Source of the DNA: Gemmatimonadota bacterium
Lineage (GTDB): Bacteria > Gemmatimonadota > Gemmatimonadetes > Gemmatimonadales > GWC2-71-9
Assembly (NCBI GenBank): GCA_036679605.1
Contig: JAZDCZ010000324.1
Span: 1-64,000, forward strand
DNA: 64,000 nucleotides
Direction of reading: 5' to 3'
Made by a program: the position numbers and the translations under genes. Under the pieces are notes generated by a model that ran no database searches, had not been told where the DNA came from, and saw only the letters and a program-made list of their open reading frames with translations. Of this stretch, positions 8,546-18,447 are shown piece by piece. The first letter of the stretch is position 1. Every line of letters begins with the position of its first letter.

Positions 8546-9661
8546 ATGAGTGACACGCTATGGGTGGCGACCCGAAAGGGTCTGTTTACCGTAAGTCGTG
8601 CAAGCGATGGGAAATGGGCGGTGTCGAATTCTGCATTCCTCGGTGATCATGTCTCGATGGTGTTGCCGGCTGGGGACGGCCAACTTTACGCCGGGCTCTA
8701 CCACGGTCACTTCGGATCCAAACTGCATCGCTCCATGGATGCCGGTAAGAGCTGGGCGGAGTGTGCGACGCCATCATTTCCTGAACGTCCCCCGGACGCC
8801 CCTGCCGATATCAGTCCGCTTAGTCAGCAAGAGGTCCCGTGGAAACTGATCATGATTTGGGCACTGGAGACCGGGGGCCCTGACCAACCGGAACTCCTCT
8901 GGTGCGGTACGATTCCGGGAGGACTGTTCCAATCGAGTGACCGCGGAGATTCATGGGAGTTGGTGCGCTCGCTCTGGGACCACCCGCTACGGCGGGAATG
9001 GTTTGGCGGTGGCATGGACTATCCGGGTATCCACTCAGTATGCGTCGACCCACGTGACTCCCGCCGGGTGACCGTCGGGGTGTCGTGCGGTGGCGTATGG
9101 GTCACCGAAGATGGCGGTGGGTCGTGGAATTGCCGTGCAGACGGAATGTGGGCAGCGTACATGCCACCGGAGCGCAAGAACGATCCCCAGATCCAGGATC
9201 CACACTGCATCGTTCAGTGCCACTCGAATCCGGACGTGATGTGGACTCAGCATCACAACGGAGTATTCCGAACCGTCGATGGTGCTGCCAATTGGTACGA
9301 AATCGAGAACGTGCCACCGTCAACGTTCGGTTTTGCAGTGGCCGTTCATCCAGAAGACCCGGACACGGCATGGTTCGTCCCGGGGATCAGTGACGAACAC
9401 CGCATCCCGGTCGACGGCAAGGTCGTGGTATCGCGCACCAATGACGGTGGCAAGTCGTTTGAGATGCTGCGGAACGGATTGCCGCAACAGCATGCCTATG
9501 ACCTCACGTTTCGTCACGCGCTCGACGTCGATGAGACTGGCAACCGTCTAGCATTCGGCAGCACTACCGGATCACTTTGGGTAACGGAGAATGGTGCTGA
9601 CACCTGGGCAAGCGTGTCGACACACCTGCCTCCAGTCTACTGCGTGCGCTTCGTCAAGTAA
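8546..9661 (+). CDS. BNR/Asp-box beta-propeller (sialidase-like) protein
   Basis: Repeated SxDxGxSW Asp-boxes; no signal peptide. Confidence 0.85.
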   Translation: MSDTLWVATRKGLFTVSRASDGKWAVSNSAFLGDHVSMVLPAGDGQLYAGLYHGHFGSKLHRSMDAGKSWAECATPSFPERPPDAPADISPLSQQEVPWKLIMIWALETGGPDQPELLWCGTIPGGLFQSSDRGDSWELVRSLWDHPLRREWFGGGMDYPGIHSVCVDPRDSRRVTVGVSCGGVWVTEDGGGSWNCRADGMWAAYMPPERKNDPQIQDPHCIVQCHSNPDVMWTQHHNGVFRTVDGAANWYEIENVPPSTFGFAVAVHPEDPDTAWFVPGISDEHRIPVDGKVVVSRTNDGGKSFEMLRNGLPQQHAYDLTFRHALDVDETGNRLAFGSTTGSLWVTENGADTWASVSTHLPPVYCVRFVK

Positions 9662-9667
9662 CCTGCC

Positions 9668-11527
9668 CTAGTTTTCCACTCTTCCACCTAGGTGTTTGGC
9701 CAGGAACCGTTCGGCCACGGCGTAGAACTTGAGTCGATTCTCCGGCTTTACAAATCCATGTCCTTCATCTTCGAACAGCATGTATTCATGGTCGATGCCC
9801 TTCGCCTTCATCGCTGCGACGATTTGCTCCGACTCCGCTTGCTTTACACGTGGGTCATTCGCTCCTTGCGCAATGAGCATCGGAATCTTGATCTGTTCGA
9901 CCTTCGAGATAGGCGAACGTGACGTGAGGAAGTCAGCCTCGGTTTCCGGATTACCGACTCTCTTGTGTAGCATGGCCAAATACGTAGACCAATATGCGGG
10001 GATCGTATTGATAAAGGTGATGAGATTGCTTGGCCCGACTATGTCGACGGCGCACTTGAACAGGTCGGGCGTGAATGTAGCACCGACCAACGCTGCGTAG
10101 CCGCCGTAGGACCCTCCGTAAATCGCTATTCGTTCTGGGTCGGCGATACCGCTATCCGTCACCCAACCGACAGCGTCCACCAGATCGTCGTGCATCTTGC
10201 CGCCCCACTCCCGATCACCGGCGTTGAGAAATTTCTTGCCATACCCGGTGGAGCCACGAAAATTTACTTGGAGAACGGCGTATCCTCGATTCGCCAACCA
10301 CTGAGTCTCGGCGTCGAACCCCCAGGTATCTCGATGCCACGGGCCACCGTGCACGTTGAGTATCGTCGGTAGCATCTGGCGCTCGGCACCTGGTGGTATG
10401 TGTAGGTATCCGTGAACGGTGAACCCATCCCGCGTCTCGAACGAAATAGGCTCCATAGACGTCAGCGTATACTCCGCTAGTGCCGGCCGGTTATGGAATA
10501 GGAACTCAGCTTGCTTTGTCGTGCGATCGTAACTGTAGTAGGCCAACGGCTGGCTGTCTTGGTTGAACCCAACGAGCCAGACGTTGTCATCGTGCGTGCG
10601 GTTGTAGATGCCGAAGTCTCCTGAAGCGACTTTGCCGATTGCATCGATATCCTGCTGTATCGACTGGTCGAGCACGGTATGTTCTTCCCGTGCCTTTACG
10701 AACGACACCATCTGAACTTCCCTGGTGTCGGGATGCAGCATTACATCGCCAACGTCGTAGTGTGGGTCACGGGCGAGGATTTCGGTATTTCCGGTTTCTA
10801 TATCTATGCGAACGAGTGGTGCCGCGTTCACATTCCGTGAATCGAGCAGGTAGAGGGACCTGCCGTTCTTGGTAAATCCTACCGGGCCGCTGGTCAGAGA
10901 ATCATCGGCATTCCATGATACAAGAGTGCGCCATTCCGCGTCCGCATTTTCGCGTATCAGTAGATCGAATCCACCATCATCGGTAGAGGCGGTCGCGCCA
11001 CGCACGTTGAGATCGGAATCGACAGTCCAGCCGGCTATGTTGCCCGGGTTCTTGGCCACCAGCTTCGTATCGCCGGTAGTGAGATCCAAGTGATAGACGT
11101 CGTGTAGACTCTCATCTTCCTTGTTCATGGCGATGAGTAACTCGTGCGGGTGGTGCTTGTCATGTTTGATCACTTGCACTTGGATACCATCGTGCGGAGT
11201 GAGATCAGATTCCGATCCGGTCTCGAGATCTACACTGAACAATCGCCAATTCTCATCACCACCTACATCCTGTAAGAACAAAATGTGCTTGCCATCATGT
11301 GCCCAGAAATAGACACGCACTCCCCGATCGGTATCGTGAGTTATTGGTTTGTAGTCTCTCCGATCGATCTGACCCACCCACACGTTCAACACCCCGTCCG
11401 TTGGAGCCAGAAACGCTAACCGGCTGCCGTCGGGTGAGATTTGTGGGTTGGCCTTTTCGGGGTTGCCGAACAAAACGTCGCGGGGAATTAGTGGAACTTG
11501 CGTAACGTCTTCTGCCATTATCTCCAC
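9668..11527 (-). CDS. S9 family peptidase
   Basis: VHGGPW, GGSYGG nucleophile, GANDPRV, DEGHG. Confidence 0.95.
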   Translation of the reverse strand: MEIMAEDVTQVPLIPRDVLFGNPEKANPQISPDGSRLAFLAPTDGVLNVWVGQIDRRDYKPITHDTDRGVRVYFWAHDGKHILFLQDVGGDENWRLFSVDLETGSESDLTPHDGIQVQVIKHDKHHPHELLIAMNKEDESLHDVYHLDLTTGDTKLVAKNPGNIAGWTVDSDLNVRGATASTDDGGFDLLIRENADAEWRTLVSWNADDSLTSGPVGFTKNGRSLYLLDSRNVNAAPLVRIDIETGNTEILARDPHYDVGDVMLHPDTREVQMVSFVKAREEHTVLDQSIQQDIDAIGKVASGDFGIYNRTHDDNVWLVGFNQDSQPLAYYSYDRTTKQAEFLFHNRPALAEYTLTSMEPISFETRDGFTVHGYLHIPPGAERQMLPTILNVHGGPWHRDTWGFDAETQWLANRGYAVLQVNFRGSTGYGKKFLNAGDREWGGKMHDDLVDAVGWVTDSGIADPERIAIYGGSYGGYAALVGATFTPDLFKCAVDIVGPSNLITFINTIPAYWSTYLAMLHKRVGNPETEADFLTSRSPISKVEQIKIPMLIAQGANDPRVKQAESEQIVAAMKAKGIDHEYMLFEDEGHGFVKPENRLKFYAVAERFLAKHLGGRVEN

Positions 11528-11530
11528 ACT

Positions 11531-12754
11531 CTATCGGATCGTCTCATCGGTCGATCGTCGTTGAATTATTGTTGCCGCGGCCATGTGGCCGGTAACGTTC
11601 ACTGCGGTTCTAACCATATCGGGGATGCGGTCGACTCCAAGGAGAATCGCGAGCCCGGCGGTGGGAACGCCCACGGCCGACAGAGCCGGTGCCAACGTGA
11701 TTATGCTGGCCGAAGGCACAGATGCTACCGTGAAGGAGACAAGAGTAGTGGCGAGTATCGCGATCGCAACCGTTACCGGAGTAAGCTCCACGCCGTATAA
11801 CCAGGCGAGGAATACTAGGCCGGCTCCTTGAAACAATGCACTGCCGGCTCGCCCTATCGCAGAGCCCAGCGGGATCACCAAGCTCGCAACGGCTTGGGAG
11901 ACCTCGAGATCGTCGGTAGCACCCTCCAAGAGTGCAGGTATCGCGGTCGCAGAACTGGTAGTGGTGAATGCTATCATCTGGCCACCGGAGCACGCCTTGA
12001 GAAATCGTGTTGGTCCGACGCCCCCGAAAAAGCGAACCACCGGCAAGTAGAATCCTGCCAAGAAGATCATGAGCGCCACAATGACGGCCACTATGAACAC
12101 GCCGAGACTCCGGAAAATGTCGAGACCAGAGCTGGCAGCCACAGGCGCAGAGAGCGCGAACACGCCCACTGGAGCGGTCCACAGGATCCAGTGGACCATC
12201 TTTATCAATGCCGCTGTCGTTGCCTTTGCAAGTTCCATGAGGCGCGCTCGAGTATGGTCGGGAAGTGTGCTGACAGCCGCAGCGAAGACTACGGTGAAAA
12301 ACATCAGTGGGAGCAACGCTCCGTCCGCCGCCGCTTGGAACGGGCTTGTCGGAATCAAATTCACCAAGAAATCAACCGGGCCTGGCAGGCTCGCGGCGTC
12401 TACTACCTCAGTCTGAGCCCCAAGGGACGGGACCGCTCCGGCGAGGGGCAGGAAAAGCTTCATGATGCCCATGCCGAGTGGAACGCTCACGAGCGTAGAG
12501 ATCAAGAAGAAGGCCAGCGTGGAGAGTCCAATCCGACCCAGCTGTTTGAGATTGCCCATTCCCGCCACACCAACGAATACGGTGGTGCCCACCAACGGAA
12601 CGACGACCATCTTGAGCAAACTGATGAATGCTGTTCCAAGCGGTCTCATGCCTTCGGCCACGGCCAGCAGTTCGGGCTGTTGGCTGACCGACGCTAGGAG
12701 ACCGAGGCCGAGACCCCCAATCAGGCCAATGGCGATGGCGAGGTGCAGCTTCAT
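11531..12754 (-). CDS. Dicarboxylate/amino acid:cation symporter (DAACS)
   Basis: FTTTSSATAIP and GVDRIPDMVRTAVNVTG motifs; multiple TM segments. Confidence 0.92.
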   Translation of the reverse strand: MKLHLAIAIGLIGGLGLGLLASVSQQPELLAVAEGMRPLGTAFISLLKMVVVPLVGTTVFVGVAGMGNLKQLGRIGLSTLAFFLISTLVSVPLGMGIMKLFLPLAGAVPSLGAQTEVVDAASLPGPVDFLVNLIPTSPFQAAADGALLPLMFFTVVFAAAVSTLPDHTRARLMELAKATTAALIKMVHWILWTAPVGVFALSAPVAASSGLDIFRSLGVFIVAVIVALMIFLAGFYLPVVRFFGGVGPTRFLKACSGGQMIAFTTTSSATAIPALLEGATDDLEVSQAVASLVIPLGSAIGRAGSALFQGAGLVFLAWLYGVELTPVTVAIAILATTLVSFTVASVPSASIITLAPALSAVGVPTAGLAILLGVDRIPDMVRTAVNVTGHMAAATIIQRRSTDETIR

Positions 12755-12793
12755 GGACTAACTTCTGCGGACATTGAAACCATATTGGAGGTT

Positions 12794-13594
12794 GTGTTGG
12801 CACACGCGCAAGAGACTACACCACGTCGTGCATTGATCTTGGGTGCATCCAGCGGCTTCGGCGAGGCTTGTGGAAGAGCGCTGGCCCAGGCTGGGTACGA
12901 CATAGTTGGTGTTCACCTGGATCGCAAGGCCGGCCTTGGGCATGTGGCCGAAATTCTGGCGGATCTGAAAGAGTCCGGTCGGGATGCTGTGTTCTTCAAT
13001 GTCAATGCTGCGGATGAAGCGAAGCGCCAGGAAGTACTCGATGCACTAGAGGATGACATTAGAGAACGAGGCGGGACGGTTGCCGTGCTGATGCACTCGC
13101 TTGCATTTGGCACACTCAGGCCGTACATCGGCGAGAAGGCGCTTACCAAGAAGAATATCGAGATGACACTCGATGTCATGGGCCACTCGCTCGTGTATTG
13201 GACCCAGGACTTGGTAACACGGGGTATGATGGCCAATGGCGGACGTGTTTTCTCGATGACGTCATCCGGATCGACACGAGTGATCCAGTCCTACGGGGCG
13301 ATCTCTGCTGCCAAGTGCGCGCTAGAGTCACACACTAGGCAACTTGCGGTAGAATTGGCTCCGTACGGCATCACCGTGAACGCGCTTCGTGGTGGTGTAA
13401 CGCGTACTCCCGCATCCGAAAAAATCCCTGGGAGTGACCGTCTGTTCGAGGAAGCGATCTTGCGCAACCCGCACAAGCGACTTACAACGCCGCAAGATGT
13501 TGCTAATGCCGTCGTCGCGCTGTGCGATCCTGGTACTGACTGGATAACAGGCAACGTGCTCAATGTGGATGGCGGCGAAGAAGTGTCCGGGTGA
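12794..13594 (+). CDS. SDR oxidoreductase, enoyl-ACP reductase (FabL/FabI-like)
   Basis: GASSGFG, YGAISAAK, ITGNVLNVDGG. GGAGG at 12787 precedes the GTG/TTG start. Confidence 0.85.
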   Translation: MLAHAQETTPRRALILGASSGFGEACGRALAQAGYDIVGVHLDRKAGLGHVAEILADLKESGRDAVFFNVNAADEAKRQEVLDALEDDIRERGGTVAVLMHSLAFGTLRPYIGEKALTKKNIEMTLDVMGHSLVYWTQDLVTRGMMANGGRVFSMTSSGSTRVIQSYGAISAAKCALESHTRQLAVELAPYGITVNALRGGVTRTPASEKIPGSDRLFEEAILRNPHKRLTTPQDVANAVVALCDPGTDWITGNVLNVDGGEEVSG

Positions 13595-13618
13595 TCCTGG
13601 CAACTCGGTGAATAGCGC

Positions 13619-14206
13619 CTATGCCCGCTTTTCTCGGAGCATTGCGAGTTCTTCCTCGAGTTGCTCGAGTCGACGAATGACATCGATCTCGCCGCCTTCT
13701 GACGCATCGAGTACCACTCCTTGCTTATTGAGCAGTGTCTCTACCAACACGTCGGTGTAGCCGACGACTGCGTGGGAGATTCCCCTGTCGAGCAAGCGGT
13801 TTAGTCGCAGCACTACAGTCATCGACTGCCTATTAGAAAGAGCTGCAATGATCTCCAAGAGGTTACGAATTAGGAGTTCCCTCAGATGTTGCAACTCTTC
13901 GACGACCTCGCCGGCCGCCAACCCGCGGGCCGCAGCAGCCCGACCGTAAGTGTCGCAGGCATCGACCCACAGTTCGGCAACCTGGCGTCTGAGTGGCCCA
14001 GCAGTTTCTATCACCAAGTCCACGAGCAGCGCCAACTGCCGCTCGATAGTAGCGCGATTGATAATGGGCACGTGGCTCATACGCCCAGTGACCCAATCCG
14101 CCCACTTACGGACCAGTTGATCTCGATTTGATTCTAACCAGCGACCCACTGCCGTGATCGCGGGGTTGGAGGGACGCGTTGTAATGCCCATTGCTGCGTT
14201 CCCCAA
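13619..14206 (-). CDS. Hypothetical helical protein (RsbR N-terminal-like)
   Basis: 195-aa ORF; pattern YGR..AARG....EVVEELQHLRE. Confidence 0.55.
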   Translation of the reverse strand: MGNAAMGITTRPSNPAITAVGRWLESNRDQLVRKWADWVTGRMSHVPIINRATIERQLALLVDLVIETAGPLRRQVAELWVDACDTYGRAAAARGLAAGEVVEELQHLRELLIRNLLEIIAALSNRQSMTVVLRLNRLLDRGISHAVVGYTDVLVETLLNKQGVVLDASEGGEIDVIRRLEQLEEELAMLREKRA

Positions 14207-14260
14207 TCGGTGAGTTCGCTGAGAATTTACCCTGCGGTCACCTGGAGGTCAAAATATCAG

Positions 14261-15106
14261 ATGGCAACTGTGAAGAAGACTCGGTTTGAGCTGAACGGTT
14301 CGGATGATAGGCCACTGCGGGGAGACGTGCGCACAGGAGGAGCCACGGACGATAGGCCGGTGGTGGTCGTATGTCATGGATTCAAGGGCTTCAAAGATTG
14401 GGGTTTTTTCCCATTCTTGGCCGAACGGTTGGCGAAAGCCGGCACGACCGCGATTTCATTCAATTTTTCGGGCAGTGGAGTCGGTCCCGATGGTGAGAGT
14501 TTTTCGGAACTGGACCGCTTTGCCCGCAATACATACTCTAAAGAATTGGTTGACCTGGGAATCGTGTGGGATGCAGTTCGATCCGGTACTCTGGCCGGCG
14601 ACCTGCCCCCCGCCCAAACCTTTGGCTTGGTAGGACATAGTTTCGGTGGCGCCATTTCGACTCTGTTTTCTGCCGATTGCTCCGACGTGAAAGCACTTGT
14701 CACGTGGGCGGCCGTGGCAAATCCGCTGCGCTGGGACGAGGAGACGATAGTTCAATGGAGAGCAGATCGAAAACTCGACATCGTTAATTCGCGCACGGGT
14801 GAGGTGCTTCCAATGCACCTGGACATGCTGCAGGATATCGAAGACAATGGAGTGGATAGGATAGTCCTGGCTGCAGAACGTGTGGCCGTTCCATGGCTCA
14901 TAATACACGGAGATGAGGATGAGTCGGTTGCTGCCGACGAGGCGCGGCGTTTGTATGATGCTGCCAACAAGGAATCTACAGAGCTAAATATTATTCCGGG
15001 CGGCGGCCACACTTTTGGCGCTCGTCATCCGTGGGCGGGTTATACAACGGAACTCGAGCAGGCAATGAATCAAACAGTAGAGTGGTTCTCGCGTCACATT
15101 TGCTGA
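14261..15106 (+). CDS. Alpha/beta hydrolase
   Basis: CHGFKGFKDWG, GHSFGG, HGDEDESV, GGHTF. Confidence 0.9.
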   Translation: MATVKKTRFELNGSDDRPLRGDVRTGGATDDRPVVVVCHGFKGFKDWGFFPFLAERLAKAGTTAISFNFSGSGVGPDGESFSELDRFARNTYSKELVDLGIVWDAVRSGTLAGDLPPAQTFGLVGHSFGGAISTLFSADCSDVKALVTWAAVANPLRWDEETIVQWRADRKLDIVNSRTGEVLPMHLDMLQDIEDNGVDRIVLAAERVAVPWLIIHGDEDESVAADEARRLYDAANKESTELNIIPGGGHTFGARHPWAGYTTELEQAMNQTVEWFSRHIC

Positions 15107-15110
15107 TGGC

Positions 15111-15144
15111 AAAAAAACGGGCAGAGTGCTTGAGCAACTCTGCC
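15111..15144 (-). terminator. Rho-independent terminator
   Basis: GGCAGAGT..ACTCTGCC hairpin followed by T7 on the minus strand. Confidence 0.75.
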
Positions 15145-15152
15145 ACTAAGCA

Positions 15153-15299
15153 CTAGAGACCGGCGGTGTAAAGCCGATCTATGACGTTGGGCTTCCGGCC
15201 CAACTTGGGCGCCTTAGGCGTAAACTTGCGCCGCCGCAGCAGGAAGCTGGCTGCAGCAACGGTAGCCAAAGCAATGAGTCCTACACCAAAGCTACGAAT
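15153..15299 (-). CDS. Putative 48-aa single-pass membrane protein with ATT start
   Basis: AGGAGG-TCGT-ATT, then IRSFGVGLIALATVAAASFLLRRRKF..DRLYTAGL*. A terminator follows directly. Confidence 0.5.
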   Translation of the reverse strand: MRSFGVGLIALATVAAASFLLRRRKFTPKAPKLGRKPNVIDRLYTAGL

Positions 15300-15556
15300 A
15301 CGACCTCCTGACTGATGAAATCACGGTCTGTGTGGCCGAGGCCACACGAATATGGCCGTCTATACAAGTCCGTCCTACAGGTCCGCTTCTAACTCTATCT
15401 GATGAACACCACGACTTGCGGGCAGTTCCATCTCTTGAGCGCGATGAGGTTCACCAGACAAAGAGTTAGGAGGATTACACAACGTATCCTCAGTTCCATC
15501 ATGTAGTTATGGAACAGACGCCTGCCGCATCTTGTTTTTTGTCGTAACTCTATATA

Positions 15557-15576
15557 AATTTAGGCCAGCATAACTT
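15557..15576 (+). promoter_or_regulatory. DtxR/MntR-type operator
   Basis: Imperfect palindrome AATTTAGGCCAGCATAACTT just before the regulator start. Confidence 0.65.
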
Positions 15577-15590
15577 ACCCGGAGCTAATA

Positions 15591-16292
15591 GTGACTGCAG
15601 TATCTCGGAGGTCTAGGCTCACCCGGTCAACAGAGGATTATCTCAAGACCATCTACGAGTTGGTGCACCACGGCTCGCCGGCCCAAACTAGCGCCATCGC
15701 CGAGGCGCTGGACATCGCGCCGCCCTCTGTCAGCGGCATGGTGAAACGGCTCAAGGAGTCAGGCTTTTTAGAGCACGTGCCCTACCGGGGTGTCAAACTC
15801 ACTCCGGATGGCCTTCGAGCTGCGCTAAAGATGGTGCGCCGCCACAGGATCGTTGAAACCTATCTGACGACCAAGTTGGGCTACGATTGGGATTCGGTTC
15901 ATGAAGAGGCCGAGCGATTGGAGCATGCGGTTTCAGACGAACTCATTGAGCGTATGGCGATGGCCTTGGGCAATCCGCAGTACGATCCCCATGGGGCCCC
16001 GATTCCGACCAAGGACGGTCGGGTGGAAGAGGCCCACTATGTGGCGTTGGCTGAGCTACCGGTGGGTGAAGTGGCGGAGCTGCGGATGGTCAGCGATAAA
16101 GACCCGGAGCGACTGCGATATGTGGCTTCGATCGGCCTCAGGCCGGGAGTTTCCTTCGAGGTCTTAGCAAGGCAGCCGTTTCAGGGGCCGACGACCATCA
16201 GAATAGCGCTTTCAACCTTGAAGGAGCAGGTGGTTGGCCATGAGTTGGGTTGTTCCTTGCTCTGCGCTCCGGTAGGAAGAGAGGTCGGATGA
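15591..16292 (+). CDS. DtxR/MntR family metal-dependent repressor with FeoA-like C-terminal domain
   Basis: EDYLKTIY, RRHRIVE, HEEAERLEH, DPHGAPIP. Confidence 0.93.
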   Translation: MTAVSRRSRLTRSTEDYLKTIYELVHHGSPAQTSAIAEALDIAPPSVSGMVKRLKESGFLEHVPYRGVKLTPDGLRAALKMVRRHRIVETYLTTKLGYDWDSVHEEAERLEHAVSDELIERMAMALGNPQYDPHGAPIPTKDGRVEEAHYVALAELPVGEVAELRMVSDKDPERLRYVASIGLRPGVSFEVLARQPFQGPTTIRIALSTLKEQVVGHELGCSLLCAPVGREVG

Positions 16293-17284
16293 TGGGGAAG
16301 GACGTCAGCCGCCGCGACTTGTTCAAGCGAGGTGTCCTCGGTGCTGCGGGCCTTGCATCGGTAGGGACCGTCGTGAACGCTGCGGAGCGTTTCGTAGACA
16401 AGGCCCACCAACCTAATACGTCGGGTACGGTAGGGACGGTGTCCCGCGGATCATTCGACGCGAATGCGTTCTTGGAATCGTTCGACTACGGTACGGTCTC
16501 CAAACTTCCTTCGGGGCAGGTAGTGCGCGAATTCGAGATGACTGCCATAGACAAGGAAATAGAAGTGGCTCCCGGGGTCTTCTATCCGGCGTGGACCTAC
16601 AACGGCCAAGTACCGGGACCGACTCTACGGGCAACCGAAGGTGATCTTGTCAGAGTTCGCTTTCAGAACCTCGGCACACATCCGCACAGCATCCATTTTC
16701 ACGGCATGCACCCAGGAAATATGGACGGCGTGTTCGAGCAAATTTCTCCGGGTGATACCTTTGTCTACGAATTCACCGCCGAGCCATTCGGTCTGCATCT
16801 GTATCACTGCCACACGATGCCGCTAAAGAAGCACGTCGCAAAGGGTCTTTACGGCACGTTCATAATCGACCCGAAAGGTGGCCGGCCGCCAGCCAGAGAA
16901 ATGGTCATGGTCATGAACGGGTTCGATACTAATTTCGACGGCGAGAACGAGATCTACGCGGCGAACACGGTGGCATTTGCCTATAAGAACAACCCGATCG
17001 AGATACGAAAAGGTGAACTGCAGAGGATCTACCTCGTGAACGCACTGGAGTTCGATCTGATCAACTCCATGCACATACACGCGACCTTCTTCCACGTTTA
17101 CAAGACCGGTACCTCGCTCGAGCCCAGCGAGTACACCGATACGTTGATGATGTGTATGGGCGAACGGCATATCATCGAGTTCACGTATCAGCACACCGGA
17201 AAATTCGTATTCCATGCGCATCAGTCGGAATTTGCAGAGTTGGGATGGATGGGGCTGTTCGACGTGGTTGAAGCGACGGCATGA
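16289..17284 (+). CDS. Tat-exported two-domain multicopper oxidase
   Basis: SRRDLFK Tat motif; HPHSIHFH, YHCH..H, MHIH, FHAH copper motifs. Confidence 0.9.
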   Translation: MMGKDVSRRDLFKRGVLGAAGLASVGTVVNAAERFVDKAHQPNTSGTVGTVSRGSFDANAFLESFDYGTVSKLPSGQVVREFEMTAIDKEIEVAPGVFYPAWTYNGQVPGPTLRATEGDLVRVRFQNLGTHPHSIHFHGMHPGNMDGVFEQISPGDTFVYEFTAEPFGLHLYHCHTMPLKKHVAKGLYGTFIIDPKGGRPPAREMVMVMNGFDTNFDGENEIYAANTVAFAYKNNPIEIRKGELQRIYLVNALEFDLINSMHIHATFFHVYKTGTSLEPSEYTDTLMMCMGERHIIEFTYQHTGKFVFHAHQSEFAELGWMGLFDVVEATA

Positions 17285-18447
17285 GCGCGAAGAGATCGTT
17301 GACCTGGTTTTGGGGCCTGCTCCCTTTGGCGTTATTGGGGGCCCTCTCCTTACTCCTCGCAAATACCGGACTATCGGACTTTATGCGTCGCGGGGTGCCT
17401 CCCGTGGAAGAGCTGTCGTTCGAACGCGTAGTCTTGTCGCCGAATCTAATCGAGATCGATGTGGTCAACGGTGGGCCGGATCCTGTCACCGTGGCACAGG
17501 TGAGTGTGGACGAAGCATTCTGGGAATTCTCGATCGAGCCGTCGGCTACCATCAATAGGCTGGGACGGGCCACACTGACGCTACCCTATCCCTGGGTGAA
17601 AGACGAAGCACATGAAATTACCGTGCTGACGTCTTCTGGCGTCACGTTTTCTCATGTAATTGAGGTGGCGACCATAACTCCCAAACCGGGAGTCCGCTAC
17701 TTCGGAGTGTTTGCGCTCATTGGGTTGTTCGTGGGGGTGATCCCGGTTGGCATAGGGCTGTTGTGGTACCAATTCATCAGGCGGCTCGACCGTCGCTGGA
17801 TCCACTTTGGCCTGGCTCTGACTGGAGGGCTCCTCATCTTTCTCGGTGCCGATGCACTGCACGAGGGTCTGGAGTCGGCTTCGCAGTTGGCGAGCGCTTA
17901 TCATGGGGAGACGTTGGTGGTGGTTGGTGCACTAGGGACCTTACTGATTCTGCAGATGATCTCGCGCAGCATGAAGGGTAGCACTGGTGTGGAGGAGCGG
18001 CGGGCTGTGGCTTTTCTCATAGCTCTGGGTATCGGGTTGCACAATTTAGGTGAAGGGTTGGCTATTGGCGCCGCTTATTCGCTTGGCCAGGCGGCGTTGG
18101 GCACCTTCCTTATTGTGGGTTTCATGTTGCACAACACCACGGAAGGACTGGGCATAGTGGTGCCGATAGCGAACGACCGACCGAAGCTCACGACACTAGT
18201 GGCACTCGGAGCCATAGCTGGTGCGCCGACGGTCTTGGGCACTTGGATTGGCGGACTGGCTTACTCCCCGCTGTTTGCGACTCTGTTTCTGGCCGTGGGA
18301 GCAGGAGCCATAGCGCAGGTGCTCTTATCGCTCTATGGAGTGGTTGCGAAGGAAGCAGATGGGATGGTCGTCAATCCGCTGACAGCCAGCGGAGTCTTGG
18401 CGGGGTTGCTATTGATGTACGGTACGGGTCTTCTAGTCTCGGTTTAG
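17281..18447 (+). CDS. ZIP family metal transporter with N-terminal extracytoplasmic domain
   Basis: GIGLHNLGEGLAIG and LHNTTEGLG ZIP signatures. Confidence 0.9.
   Translation: MSAKRSLTWFWGLLPLALLGALSLLLANTGLSDFMRRGVPPVEELSFERVVLSPNLIEIDVVNGGPDPVTVAQVSVDEAFWEFSIEPSATINRLGRATLTLPYPWVKDEAHEITVLTSSGVTFSHVIEVATITPKPGVRYFGVFALIGLFVGVIPVGIGLLWYQFIRRLDRRWIHFGLALTGGLLIFLGADALHEGLESASQLASAYHGETLVVVGALGTLLILQMISRSMKGSTGVEERRAVAFLIALGIGLHNLGEGLAIGAAYSLGQAALGTFLIVGFMLHNTTEGLGIVVPIANDRPKLTTLVALGAIAGAPTVLGTWIGGLAYSPLFATLFLAVGAGAIAQVLLSLYGVVAKEADGMVVNPLTASGVLAGLLLMYGTGLLVSV

Noticed and set aside
12743..12793. Head-to-head overlap of the SDR and symporter genes
   Set aside because: GGAGG at 12787 supports a later SDR start, which removes the overlap.
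16289..17284. Copper nitrite reductase NirK
   Set aside because: It has HSIHFH and MHIH/FHAH trinuclear-cluster motifs rather than the NirK HNIDFH motif with catalytic Asp.
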